Below, in pieces: positions 8,938 through 17,384 of a stretch of DNA of 64,000 nucleotides; the first letter of the stretch is position 1; each line of letters opens with the position of its first letter. Both the position numbers and the translations under genes were made by a program. The stretch covers positions 126,511-190,510 of the forward strand of contig JBEKYR010000006.1 of NCBI GenBank assembly GCA_049510745.1. The letters are read 5' to 3'. The notes below the pieces were generated by a model. The model made no database searches and was not told the origin of the DNA. It was given only the letters and a program-made list of their open reading frames with translations. Source of the DNA: Verrucomicrobiota bacterium (lineage in GTDB: Bacteria; Verrucomicrobiota; Verrucomicrobiia; Limisphaerales; Palsa-1400).

Positions 8938-9481
8938 ACGCCGAATCGACCGCCTCATTGAGCCAGTCTTTGCCCTTGGCGGCAAGCGCCGTTTGTGTTT
9001 GGTTAGTGCCAGGCGTCGCGAATAAATGCAGTTCGGCCTCAACGCCGTCGAACTGTTCCGCGACCTTCTGCCGGAACCATTGGAAAGAGGGCCTCCTCTT
9101 CGAGAAGAACAGGTGGCTCGACCGGCTTCGGTGGTAATCCGACGAACCGAATCGGCGAATCGGCACACGAAATCGCGGCGCCGTTTCCAGCAGTTCCGCC
9201 CAGTGATGCTCCAGCTTTTGATCGGCTCTCGTGTACCAGACCTCGACAGGTTCAGCCACTCCCAGCAAATAATCAATGTGCCAGTGCGGGGTGGCCGTGG
9301 ATTCCAGGTGGTGGCCGATGCGCGCGCGGAGTCCCCCAGCGCCAAAGGCGCTGCCGACGTAGGCGTAATAGCCAGGCACGATGTCGCAAGCGCCCAAGCC
9401 TCCGATCTCCAGGCGTTTCATCTGGGCCACGAAGGCAACCAGCACGTAAGTTCCTTTGGCCTCGGGCAGGTCCATCGCCAT
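8927..9481 (-). CDS. GIY-YIG (Uri/DUF123) nuclease-family protein
   Basis: KGTYVL...YYAYVGSAFGAGGLRARIGHH, HWHIDYLL, FGSSD; start overlaps the MIF stop (TGATG). Confidence 0.85.
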   Translation of the reverse strand: MAMDLPEAKGTYVLVAFVAQMKRLEIGGLGACDIVPGYYAYVGSAFGAGGLRARIGHHLESTATPHWHIDYLLGVAEPVEVWYTRADQKLEHHWAELLETAPRFRVPIRRFGSSDYHRSRSSHLFFSKRRPSFQWFRQKVAEQFDGVEAELHLFATPGTNQTQTALAAKGKDWLNEAVDSAYGH

Positions 9482-9828
9482 CAACCAAACGTGCTCCCGT
9501 TCCAACCCCAGTGGCTCGCTTCGACCTCGGTGAAGCTGAGGTAAATGCGATTTGGCGGAATTCCGAGAGAATCGTGCAGCAACTGGCAGACTTTCTGCGA
9601 GAGCTTGCGGTTCACGTCGCTGGTCAGCCCGCCAATGCTCCGCACGTCCACAAAGGCCGCGTCACCCGGACTGCCGGACATCTGCATGGCGGCCTGGCTG
9701 GCGGCCACCATGACGTATTGCTGCGGTTTGCCAATGGTTTCGGAGACCGTTTTGGACAGAGAGGCCAGCAGGGCTTGCCGCTTCTCCTCAGAGAGAACAA
9801 CTGTAGTTTCGAGTTTTAATAGTGGCAT
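9481..9828 (-). CDS. MIF/phenylpyruvate tautomerase-family protein
   Basis: N-terminal Pro (MPLLKLET), IGKPQQYVMV, VRSIGG, RIYLSF, WGWNGSTF. Confidence 0.9.
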   Translation of the reverse strand: MPLLKLETTVVLSEEKRQALLASLSKTVSETIGKPQQYVMVAASQAAMQMSGSPGDAAFVDVRSIGGLTSDVNRKLSQKVCQLLHDSLGIPPNRIYLSFTEVEASHWGWNGSTFG

Positions 9829-10036
9829 GACCAACATCTACAATCTTCTTCGCGGGAATGCAACCATCCGCGGCCTGTGCTGCGGCGAGCCGGCCCCGCA
9901 ATCGCGCGCATTTGACCCTCCGCACGGCGCGGAGTAACCTCGCGCCATGAACGCTTGTTCGTGCGAGAGCAAATCAAGAATTCGCGGCCGGCCACGCGGA
10001 AGAAAGCCGAGCAGTCTCTGAAAGGAGTTCAAAACC

Positions 10037-10786
10037 GTGCCAAAACTCCACCGGCATAGGGGCGCGGACCCGGAGGATGAGCGTTTGTTCGGCGCCGGTC
10101 GCCTGGCCGCCTTGCGCCAGGCAACCAGTGATTTGTGCTGGTTGTTGGACCACGGTTACGGCATCGGCTGCGCCACAGAACTGGTGGGAGATCGCCATCA
10201 TTTGGCCCGCCGGCAGCGCATTGCCATCGCCCGATGCGCCTGTTCCAAGGCCGCCAAGGAGCGGCGTCAGGCCCATTGTATCGGGCCGGACCAGTTGCGC
10301 GGCCGGGAGCTTTGGCTGGACGGTTTTAACGTCTTGACGGCGGTTGAAACGGCCTTGGGTGGCGGAGTGATCCTCATCGGCAGGGACGATTGCTGCCGGG
10401 ACGTGGCCGGGGTTTATGCTCGGTACCACAAAGTGGAGGAGACCCTGCCGGCGCTCCACGCGATCGGCCAAATGGCGGCTCAATGGGCGGTCAGCCAGTG
10501 CCACTGGCTGCTGGACAGCCCCGTCAACAACAGCGGCCGCCTCAAGGGAATCATCCAGGAAGTGGCCGCCAGGACAGGCTGGCCTTGGGAGGTTGAGATG
10601 GTGATAAATCCCGACCGGGTTCTTTCCGTCACAGACCAGGTCGTGTCCAGTTCGGACCACGTGATTCTGGACCGCTGCCAAACCTGGTTTAACCTGGCCC
10701 GCCAAGTGATCGCCGCCCAAGTGCCGGCCGCACACGTGGTGGACCTTGATCCGGATGGAGTTCCTTCATGCGCACGATCACGTTGA
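10037..10786 (+). CDS. DUF434/DUF5616-type protein (NYN/PIN-like)
   Basis: DLCWLLDHGY, LVGDRHHL, LDGFNVL, LDSPVNNSGRL, SSDHVILD. Confidence 0.75.
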   Translation: MPKLHRHRGADPEDERLFGAGRLAALRQATSDLCWLLDHGYGIGCATELVGDRHHLARRQRIAIARCACSKAAKERRQAHCIGPDQLRGRELWLDGFNVLTAVETALGGGVILIGRDDCCRDVAGVYARYHKVEETLPALHAIGQMAAQWAVSQCHWLLDSPVNNSGRLKGIIQEVAARTGWPWEVEMVINPDRVLSVTDQVVSSSDHVILDRCQTWFNLARQVIAAQVPAAHVVDLDPDGVPSCARSR

Positions 10787-10908
10787 CCACCGATTTCGGC
10801 ACGCGCGACTGGTTCGTCGGCGCGATGAAGGCCGTCATTCTCGGCCTCCAAGGTGACCGTGCGGATGAAGTCCGGACCAAGGCCGCCAGCATGATCTTTT
10901 TAATGTAA
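10768..10908 (+). pseudogene. Truncated SAM-dependent chlorinase/fluorinase (SAM hydroxide adenosyltransferase, DUF62) N-terminus
   Basis: MRTITLTTDFGTRDWFVGAMKAVILG, then similarity is lost near 10850; not in the ORF track. Confidence 0.75.
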
Positions 10909-10929
10909 TTTTCATCAGCCGTTAATGTT
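10900..10929 (+). promoter_or_regulatory. Phased triple-box operator, site 1
   Basis: TTAA tgtaatt TTCA tcagccg TTAATGTT; upstream of the lipoprotein gene. Confidence 0.75.
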
Positions 10930-11096
10930 CGCAGCGTAAGGTTATCATGGAAGAAGGCGAGGGGCGGAGGCTCCGGAACGACGGAACGAGCCGCGGTTCA
11001 ACTTCTGTTGTTCGAATGCCTGATGCCAGATACGCGTGCGCCTGCCGAAAGGCGCCGTTCGCCCACGACCTCTCCTGAAAATGAAGGGAAGAGATT

Positions 11097-11618
11097 ATGA
11101 AAATTATCCGGTTCTTTTCGGTGGCTGCGATGTTTTTGGGGCTTGCCGGTTGTGCGACCTCTCCGGTCGTTCTTGCGCCCGTCGGGCCGAATCCTGTCGG
11201 CCGCGAGAGCGTGGCTTCCATGGGTGCGCTGCAGGTCTTCTCCAGAGTGGTTGAGCGGAGTGATGATCAGAATCAAGGCGGCGATGGCACTTCCGGCTGG
11301 CCACAACACGCTGACTACGTTATTTACAACTTGCACGGCAAGCGGGTCAAACACGTGGGCAACACAGTCGGGCATTACGCAACGGCGCCTCTCATTGTCA
11401 CCCTGCCACCCGGCAGATACATCGTGGCAGCCGAAGCGGAAGGGGCCTTGCGGGTCAGGGTGCCGGTGAAAATTGAGCGTGGACGAATAAGCAGAATTCA
11501 CCTTGACGGTTATTGGAAACCTCCCGCCAGCGCGCGGAGAGATGAATTGGTCAGCATGCCCGCCGGCAGTTTTGTGGGATGGCGCGCCGGCGCCGGAAAC
11601 GAAGTCGGTTTTCAATGA
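11097..11618 (+). CDS. Hypothetical lipoprotein
   Basis: Lipobox LAGC after a hydrophobic signal; VTLPPGRYIV beta-sandwich-like motif. Confidence 0.75.
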   Translation: MKIIRFFSVAAMFLGLAGCATSPVVLAPVGPNPVGRESVASMGALQVFSRVVERSDDQNQGGDGTSGWPQHADYVIYNLHGKRVKHVGNTVGHYATAPLIVTLPPGRYIVAAEAEGALRVRVPVKIERGRISRIHLDGYWKPPASARRDELVSMPAGSFVGWRAGAGNEVGFQ

Positions 11619-11727
11619 CCGATGCGTGCCTGTGTGAGAAGAAGGAATCGGCCATTAGACACGTCAGTGTGGCCGTCACGCTGCTGACTTTCCTGCACGC
11701 GTGCCCCCCGGTCGAGGCTGCCAAGAG

Positions 11728-11943
11728 TCAGAGGGCATCGGCGCCTTGCGGCGATTGGCGGTAGGAGTCCCAGCAACTTTGACAGATGCCGTGCTCGTGG
11801 ATCCATTGTGGATGGCAGGCTTGAATGGAGCGCATGATCTGATGACGACTCGCCGGCCTCTCGGCGACGATGTGAGCGTGAAGTTGGGCGCAGGGAAAGG
11901 ATTTGCCGCAAATCGGACACGTGCCTTCGAGATTCCATTTCAT
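11728..11943 (-). CDS. Small Cys4 (CPxCG...CxxCW) putative metal-binding protein
   Basis: CPICGK...HPQWIHEHGICQSCWDSY; paralog at 14384; has its own operator site. Confidence 0.65.
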   Translation of the reverse strand: MKWNLEGTCPICGKSFPCAQLHAHIVAERPASRHQIMRSIQACHPQWIHEHGICQSCWDSYRQSPQGADAL

Positions 11944-12017
11944 ACGATCTTGAGTTCAAAGCCACGGATCTTGCCTGCTGCCCTGACGATCCGTATCACA
12001 ATGAAGCGTACGCCCTG

Positions 12018-12047
12018 AACATTAAAATCTCCTGAAAATCACGTTAA
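12018..12047 (-). promoter_or_regulatory. Phased triple-box operator, site 2
   Basis: Minus strand TTAA cgtgatt TTCA ggagatt TTAATGTT. Confidence 0.75.
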
Positions 12048-12143
12048 AATCGGGATTTTTTGGGGGAGGTTGATGTTCCTTTGCCCCTTTTCGCGCTGGT
12101 GAGCACGACACAAGAGGGCCGCGAACGGCGTTTCAGACGAATT

Positions 12144-12173
12144 TTAATCTGAAATTCATCAGCCATTAATGTT
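12144..12173 (+). promoter_or_regulatory. Phased triple-box operator, site 3
   Basis: TTAA tctgaaa TTCA tcagcca TTAATGTT; 18 bp upstream of pilT. Confidence 0.75.
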
Positions 12174-12191
12174 CGCGCGGTCAAAGATTGC

Positions 12192-13313
12192 ATGACGTAT
12201 TCTATGTCCGACCTGTTACAGTTGATGGTTTCCGAGGGATCCTCTGACTTGCACGTCCGTGTCGGTGTGCCGCCTGTCATCCGCATCCATGGCACTCTCC
12301 ACCGTATCGAGGGGCCGCCCTTGCAGCCGCAAGACTGCGAAGAACTAATGCACAGCATCACCTCCGAAGACCATGTCCAGCAGGTTCGCGAGCAAGGCGG
12401 GGTGGACTTCGGCTTTGCGTTCGGCGACATGGCGCGCTTTCGCGTCAGCACTTTCAAGGAAAAGGGCAACTTCGGCCTGGTTTTGCGGCAGATCCCCGCC
12501 AAGTTGCTGACGTTGGAACAGATCGGATTGCCGCGGCACACCATTATGACGCTCCTGCACAAGCCGCGCGGCCTGGTGCTGGTGACCGGGCCGACCGGTT
12601 CGGGCAAAACGACCACGCTGGCCTCGATGATCAACATCATCAATGAAGAACGTGACGACGCTCACATCATTACCATTGAGGACCCGATTGAATACTATCA
12701 TCAGCATAAAAAGGCTGTCGTCACGCAGCGCGAAGTCCACGTCGATGTGCCCAGTTTCGCCGAGGCGCTGCGCCGGGCGTTGCGGCAGGACCCGGATGTC
12801 GTTCTGGTGGGCGAATTGCGGGACTTGGAGACGATGGAAGCGGCCATCACGGCGGCGGAAACGGGCCACCTGGTCTTTGGCACGCTGCACACGACCGGGG
12901 CGGCCAAGACCATTGATCGCCTGGTCAACGCCTTTCCGATCAACCAGCAGGAAACCATCCGCATCCAGCTTTCCACCGTTCTGCAAGCGGTTATTTCGCA
13001 GTTGTTGCTGCCGCGCATTGACAAGCCGGGCCGCATCGCCGCCTATGAGATCATGATTAACACCCCGGCCATCGCCGCGCTCATTCGCGACAACAAGACC
13101 TTCCGCATCCAATCCGACATCCAAACCGGCGCCAAACACGGGATGGTTACCCTCGACAGTTACCTGATGGAGAAATACTCGCAGGGCATTATTTCACGCG
13201 ACGAAGCCGTCAACAAATCACAAGACCCCACCACCATGCTCCAGAAACTGGCGGAATGGGAAGCCGCCCAAGCCGAGTTAACCGAGGCGCCACCGGCAGA
13301 GATGGCTGCCTGA
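12192..13313 (+). CDS. pilT: Type IV pilus retraction ATPase
   Basis: GPTGSGKTT Walker [39 protein letters not shown]. Confidence 0.93.
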   Translation: MTYSMSDLLQLMVSEGSSDLHVRVGVPPVIRIHGTLHRIEGPPLQPQDCEELMHSITSEDHVQQVREQGGVDFGFAFGDMARFRVSTFKEKGNFGLVLRQIPAKLLTLEQIGLPRHTIMTLLHKPRGLVLVTGPTGSGKTTTLASMINIINEERDDAHIITIEDPIEYYHQHKKAVVTQREVHVDVPSFAEALRRALRQDPDVVLVGELRDLETMEAAITAAETGHLVFGTLHTTGAAKTIDRLVNAFPINQQETIRIQLSTVLQAVISQLLLPRIDKPGRIAAYEIMINTPAIAALIRDNKTFRIQSDIQTGAKHGMVTLDSYLMEKYSQGIISRDEAVNKSQDPTTMLQKLAEWEAAQAELTEAPPAEMAA

Positions 13314-13357
13314 ATGACGCGCGCCGCCGGATCTTGAAAGGAAACAATGATTCACCT

Positions 13358-13840
13358 ATGAACCCGCCAAATCAGACCGCAAAGCCAGGCCTTCAAAGCG
13401 AGCGACGCGTCCGCACGCTGCTGGTGGATGACTCCCAATTCATGCGCGCGTATCTGGCCATGCTTGTAAAGGAGAGTGGTTTTGAACTCGTCGGAACCGC
13501 GACCAACGGGCATCAGGCGCTCCGGTACGTGGCCGACCTCAAGCCAGACTTGGTTTTGATGGATTTCGAGATGCCGTGCATGGACGGGCTCGAAGCAACC
13601 CGATCCATCAAGCAATCAGGCCGGCAGTCCGGTTATGCGCCGGTGATTGTCATTGTCACTTCGGAAGACACCTTGGCATGCCGGTCCCGAGCCGAAGAGG
13701 CGGGCGCCAACGGGTTCGTGCCAAAATCCGAGAATCTGCGTGCCCAACTGAAATCCACTCTCGACAGCCTGTTTTCCGGGAACGGTGAATCGTTGCCGGC
13801 CGACTTGGTTGAAGCCAGCCATGAAAGTGCTTGCGCATAA
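13358..13840 (+). CDS. Single-domain response regulator (receiver)
   Basis: LLVDDS, PDLVLMDFEMPCMDG, GANGFVPK. Confidence 0.85.
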   Translation: MNPPNQTAKPGLQSERRVRTLLVDDSQFMRAYLAMLVKESGFELVGTATNGHQALRYVADLKPDLVLMDFEMPCMDGLEATRSIKQSGRQSGYAPVIVIVTSEDTLACRSRAEEAGANGFVPKSENLRAQLKSTLDSLFSGNGESLPADLVEASHESACA

Positions 13841-13922
13841 CGCAGTCGTTCGCAGTCCCGAGGCCCGCCCGGTTTACGCCGCGCATGCATGGCCATTGCG
13901 GAATGAGAGGAGCCGGCAATTC

Positions 13923-13952
13923 TTAATTCTATTTTCATCTGCCTTTAATGTT
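13923..13952 (+). promoter_or_regulatory. Phased triple-box operator, site 4
   Basis: TTAA ttctatt TTCA tctgcct TTAATGTT. Confidence 0.75.
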
Positions 13953-14009
13953 GGTTCCGTCGAAATAAATCGGTGCAGTGAGATTCTGCCCTGATAAGGA
14001 AAAATTCGT

Positions 14010-14387
14010 ATGAAAACATCACAGCCGCCAACCGTAATCAGTAAGTTTCCAGCAAGGAACAACGCTTTGAGGGGGGACAATGGCGAACACAAAACAACGG
14101 CTTCTCTCCCGAGCCGATTGAAGCCTGTTGAAGTCACCTTCCTTTTCGATCATCCCGACGCCCGCGAAGTCTTCCTCTGCGGCGATTTTAATCAGTGGGC
14201 GCAGGAATCCCTGCGCATGATTCGCTGCGACGGGGTTGGGCGTTGGGAAAAGCGCCTGACCCTCCTGCCAGGCCGTTATGAATACAGATTCGTCGTCGAT
14301 GGGCAGTGGATGTCCGATCCTCACGCGCCCGCCGGGGTTCCCAACCCTTACGGTTCATTAAATTCAGTTGTCGAGGTGAGACTATGA
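14010..14387 (+). CDS. Glycogen-binding (CBM48/AMPK-beta-like) domain protein
   Basis: VFLCGDFNQW, LLPGRYEYRFVVDGQWMSDP, NPYGSLNSV. Confidence 0.9.
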   Translation: MKTSQPPTVISKFPARNNALRGDNGEHKTTASLPSRLKPVEVTFLFDHPDAREVFLCGDFNQWAQESLRMIRCDGVGRWEKRLTLLPGRYEYRFVVDGQWMSDPHAPAGVPNPYGSLNSVVEVRL

Positions 14388-14728
14388 AAGCGCAAGGTTT
14401 CTGCCCATTGTGCGGGCAGCGGATTCCAAAAGCGCTAATTCAATTGGGACAAGAAGGGGGTGGGGCCAGACACCCAATCGTCACGCGGATCCAAAAAGCG
14501 CAGCCGGGCTGGGTTGAGGAAGAGGGCGCCTGCGGGAATTGTTGGGAATCGTTCACGGCCATCCTTTGCGTCATACGCTTTTTCAACCAGTCTGGGAACC
14601 AGCAACGCCTTGGAGACGGCTCAACCTCCCGTGCCGCGTCTCAGGCGATGACGAACATTTTGTGGCTCGACCGCGGACGGCACTCGATCCCCATCCGGCG
14701 GTCCGTGGCCACGGCAGGCGCCCGGTGA
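14384..14728 (+). CDS. Small Cys4 putative metal-binding protein (paralog of 11728-11943)
   Basis: ATGA overlap; CPLCGQ...QPGWVEEEGACGNCWESF. Confidence 0.65.
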   Translation: MKAQGFCPLCGQRIPKALIQLGQEGGGARHPIVTRIQKAQPGWVEEEGACGNCWESFTAILCVIRFFNQSGNQQRLGDGSTSRAASQAMTNILWLDRGRHSIPIRRSVATAGAR

Positions 14729-15081
14729 GAACGCAACTCCATACGGCGGCAGCCGGACATGTCATCACGATAAAGGATCACTTGTGGGTCCAGAAGCGGA
14801 CGGAAGAGCGGGCGCACGCGATTTGGGTTTCGTCCGGCTGCCGCAGCGGCACGGCGCTGAGAGATTGGCTCGAAGCTGAGGAGGAGGCGCTGGTCGAGTT
14901 TTGCCGGCAGCACGTGCGACATTCCGCCGGCGGGCGGGCTTCATGGCAAACGCGTGAAAAGCCCGCCGTCGGAACCGCATTGAATGTTTGTCGTTCAACC
15001 GCGCCAGCGCCTCGTCCAACAGGCGCTCAATCTCGCGCGTTTGCGCCAACTGCCCCGGCGTTTGCCGCCAGTCTGCGATAA
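14725..15081 (+). CDS. DUF2934-like protein
   Basis: GTGA overlap; EERAHAIWVSSGCRSGTALRDWLEAEEE. Confidence 0.65.
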   Translation: MRTQLHTAAAGHVITIKDHLWVQKRTEERAHAIWVSSGCRSGTALRDWLEAEEEALVEFCRQHVRHSAGGRASWQTREKPAVGTALNVCRSTAPAPRPTGAQSRAFAPTAPAFAASLR

Positions 15082-15157
15082 GTTCCGGGTGCGGAATCGT
15101 TTCGGAATGGTCGGCGGGTTCCATCGCTTGCTCCAATGAAACCACGTCCAGACCATT
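14984..15157 (-). pseudogene. Internal fragment of an ECF sigma-70 factor (linker and start of region 4)
   Basis: VVSLEQAME...IPHPELIADWRQTPGQLAQTREIERLLDEALARLNDKH; no region 2 and no complete HTH. Confidence 0.5.
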
Positions 15158-15224
15158 GTATTGGTTGTTTCAGGCGTAATCCGCATTGTCATGTCAGGTT
15201 GACACTATGATTATGAACGGGTTT

Positions 15225-15254
15225 TTAATGTATCTTTCACGTGGTGTTAATGTG
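15225..15254 (+). promoter_or_regulatory. Phased triple-box operator, site 5 (candidate autoregulatory site)
   Basis: TTAA tgtatct TTCA cgtggtg TTAATGTG; 25 bp upstream of the OmpR-family regulator. Confidence 0.75.
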
Positions 15255-15279
15255 CCTGTGGTCAAATGAGTGAGCAGTT

Positions 15280-15960
15280 ATGCGCATCCTGGTGATCGAA
15301 GACGAAAAGAAAGTGGCGGAGTTTGTCGCTCGCGGCTTGAGGGACCACCGCTTCGCCGTGGATATTTCCAGCGACGGCCAAAGCGGCTTGGAAATGGCCA
15401 AGGCGTGCAATTACGACCTGATCGTTCTCGACCTGAAGCTGCCCGGACTCGGCGGCACTGAGGTTCTCAAACGGATTCGCCAACATGGCTCCAAAATGCC
15501 CATCCTCATTCTGACCGCGCATGCGGACACGGCCGAGAAGGTCGCAAATTTCGAAGCCGGCGCTGATGACTATCTGACCAAGCCCTTTGCTTTCGAGGAG
15601 TTATTGGTGCGCGTCAAAGCCCTGTTTCGGCGCGGCGGGGTTGACCCGTCGAACGTGCTGCGGGTTGGAGACCTGGAAATTGACCGCGCCAGCCAGCAGG
15701 TCAGACGCGCCGGAAAGAAGATTGAACTGACTTCCAAGGAATACAGCCTGCTTGAATACCTGGTTAGCAATGCCGGACGGGTTTTGTCGCGGACCATGAT
15801 CGTGGAGCACGTTTGGGACGAAAGTTTCCAGGGACTCACCAATATCGTGGATGTTTATGTGCGGCATTTGCGCAGCAAGGTGGATGATCCGAACCCGAAG
15901 AAACTCATCCAAACCGTGCGGGGTGTCGGTTACTCCATCAGCGACGAGGCCCAGACATGA
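15280..15960 (+). CDS. OmpR-family response regulator (CusR/CzcR-like)
   Basis: MRILVIEDEKKVA, GADDYLTKPF, LTSKEYSLLEYL, IQTVRGVGY. Confidence 0.95.
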   Translation: MRILVIEDEKKVAEFVARGLRDHRFAVDISSDGQSGLEMAKACNYDLIVLDLKLPGLGGTEVLKRIRQHGSKMPILILTAHADTAEKVANFEAGADDYLTKPFAFEELLVRVKALFRRGGVDPSNVLRVGDLEIDRASQQVRRAGKKIELTSKEYSLLEYLVSNAGRVLSRTMIVEHVWDESFQGLTNIVDVYVRHLRSKVDDPNPKKLIQTVRGVGYSISDEAQT

Positions 15961-17384
15961 ATCCCCGATCCATTCGCTTTCGCCTGATCATGTGGTACGC
16001 CGGTCTGCTGACCGCCGCCTTCCTGCTGTTCAGCGTGGCTCTCTACCAGGTCCTGCGGGGGTATCTGGAGAACAGCCTGGGACAGGCGCTGCTTCGCCGC
16101 TCCGAACAAATCGCCGTATCGCTTCTGGCCGGCATGGACAAGACCGGGGAGCGTTATGTGGCGGACCAGATTGAGACCCGCTATGCGCCGGAAAGCTACG
16201 ATCGGTTTATTCGCATCACGCGCCCGGATGGAAGCGTGCTTTACGCCTCGGGCCGTACGACGGGTTTCGATCCCTCCGGATTGCCTCCCTTGGCGGTCAA
16301 CTCTGTCCAGGGCGACTCCGTGCGAAAAGTGCGGCTCGGCGACGGAAGCCTTTTGCTCGTCACAGTCAAAGTTTTTCAATCCCGTGACGGGCATCGGTTC
16401 CTTATTGAAAGTGGCGGGCCGATGGCGCCGATTGAAACGATCCTGTCTCATCTGCTCTTCTCGCTTCTGCTCGGTGTGCCCCTGCTTGGGGTGGTGGCGG
16501 TGGGCGGCGGCCTTTTTCTGGTGGGTCGCGCGCTGGCGCCAGTGGTGCAAATTGCGCGCAGCGCCGAACAAATCACCCTGCATAATCTGAACGGGCGACT
16601 GCCGTTAACGAACACGGGAGATGAACTGGAGCACTTGTCGCTGGCGCTCAACCGCATGATTGTCCGGTTGAGCGAGGCCTTCGAGCAAAACCGCCGCTTT
16701 CTGGCGGACGCCTCGCATGAACTCCGCACGCCGCTGGCCGCGTGGCGCGGGGAAATGGAAAGTGTGGTCGAACAAACCCGCGGCCTGCCGGAGTTGAGCG
16801 ACCGGGCCGGGAGCGCCTTGGAGGAGGTGGATCGTTTGGTGAAAATAGTCGATGCCCTTTTTGCGATTTCCCGGCTCGACGCCGGGGAGGCGCAACAAGA
16901 GTGGACCCGATTTGATCTGGCCCCGCTGGCCGCGAGCACGACCGAGCAGATGTCTTTGCTGGCGGAGGATAAGGGAATTTCAGTTGCCTGCAAGGCGCAG
17001 GGCAAAGTCAGCGTGGACGGGGACCGCGCCCGCATCAAACAGGTGGTGGTCAATCTGCTGGATAACGCCATCAAATACACGCCGCCGGGCGGCTCGATCA
17101 ACCTTGATGTGTACGCCCGCGAGGACAAAGCCGTCATCGAAGTGGCCGATACGGGAATCGGCATTCCGGCCAGCGCCTTGCCCCATATTTTCGAGCGCTT
17201 CTTTCGCGTGGACAAAGCGCGTTCCCGCGACGCGGGCGGAGCCGGGTTGGGGCTGGCCATCGTCAAATCGATTTGCCTGGCCCACGGCGGCCAAGTGTAT
17301 GTGGAGAGCAGCGAAGGCCACGGCAGCCGCTTCAAAGTGGAGTTGCCGCTGGCGCAATCAATCCCCGCGAAATCAAATTCATGA
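15957..17384 (+). CDS. Membrane sensor histidine kinase (HAMP-HisKA-HATPase; CusS/CzcS-like)
   Basis: Two TM helices, FLADASHELRTPL, NLLDNAIKY, GAGLGLAI. Confidence 0.95.
   Translation: MNPRSIRFRLIMWYAGLLTAAFLLFSVALYQVLRGYLENSLGQALLRRSEQIAVSLLAGMDKTGERYVADQIETRYAPESYDRFIRITRPDGSVLYASGRTTGFDPSGLPPLAVNSVQGDSVRKVRLGDGSLLLVTVKVFQSRDGHRFLIESGGPMAPIETILSHLLFSLLLGVPLLGVVAVGGGLFLVGRALAPVVQIARSAEQITLHNLNGRLPLTNTGDELEHLSLALNRMIVRLSEAFEQNRRFLADASHELRTPLAAWRGEMESVVEQTRGLPELSDRAGSALEEVDRLVKIVDALFAISRLDAGEAQQEWTRFDLAPLAASTTEQMSLLAEDKGISVACKAQGKVSVDGDRARIKQVVVNLLDNAIKYTPPGGSINLDVYAREDKAVIEVADTGIGIPASALPHIFERFFRVDKARSRDAGGAGLGLAIVKSICLAHGGQVYVESSEGHGSRFKVELPLAQSIPAKSNS

Noticed and set aside
8938..9345. N-terminal extension of the ROK ORF
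   Set aside because: It overlaps the GIY-YIG gene in another frame; the true start is more likely 8937.
10975..11070. Possible attC upstream of the lipoprotein gene
   Set aside because: I could not assign paired R and L boxes.
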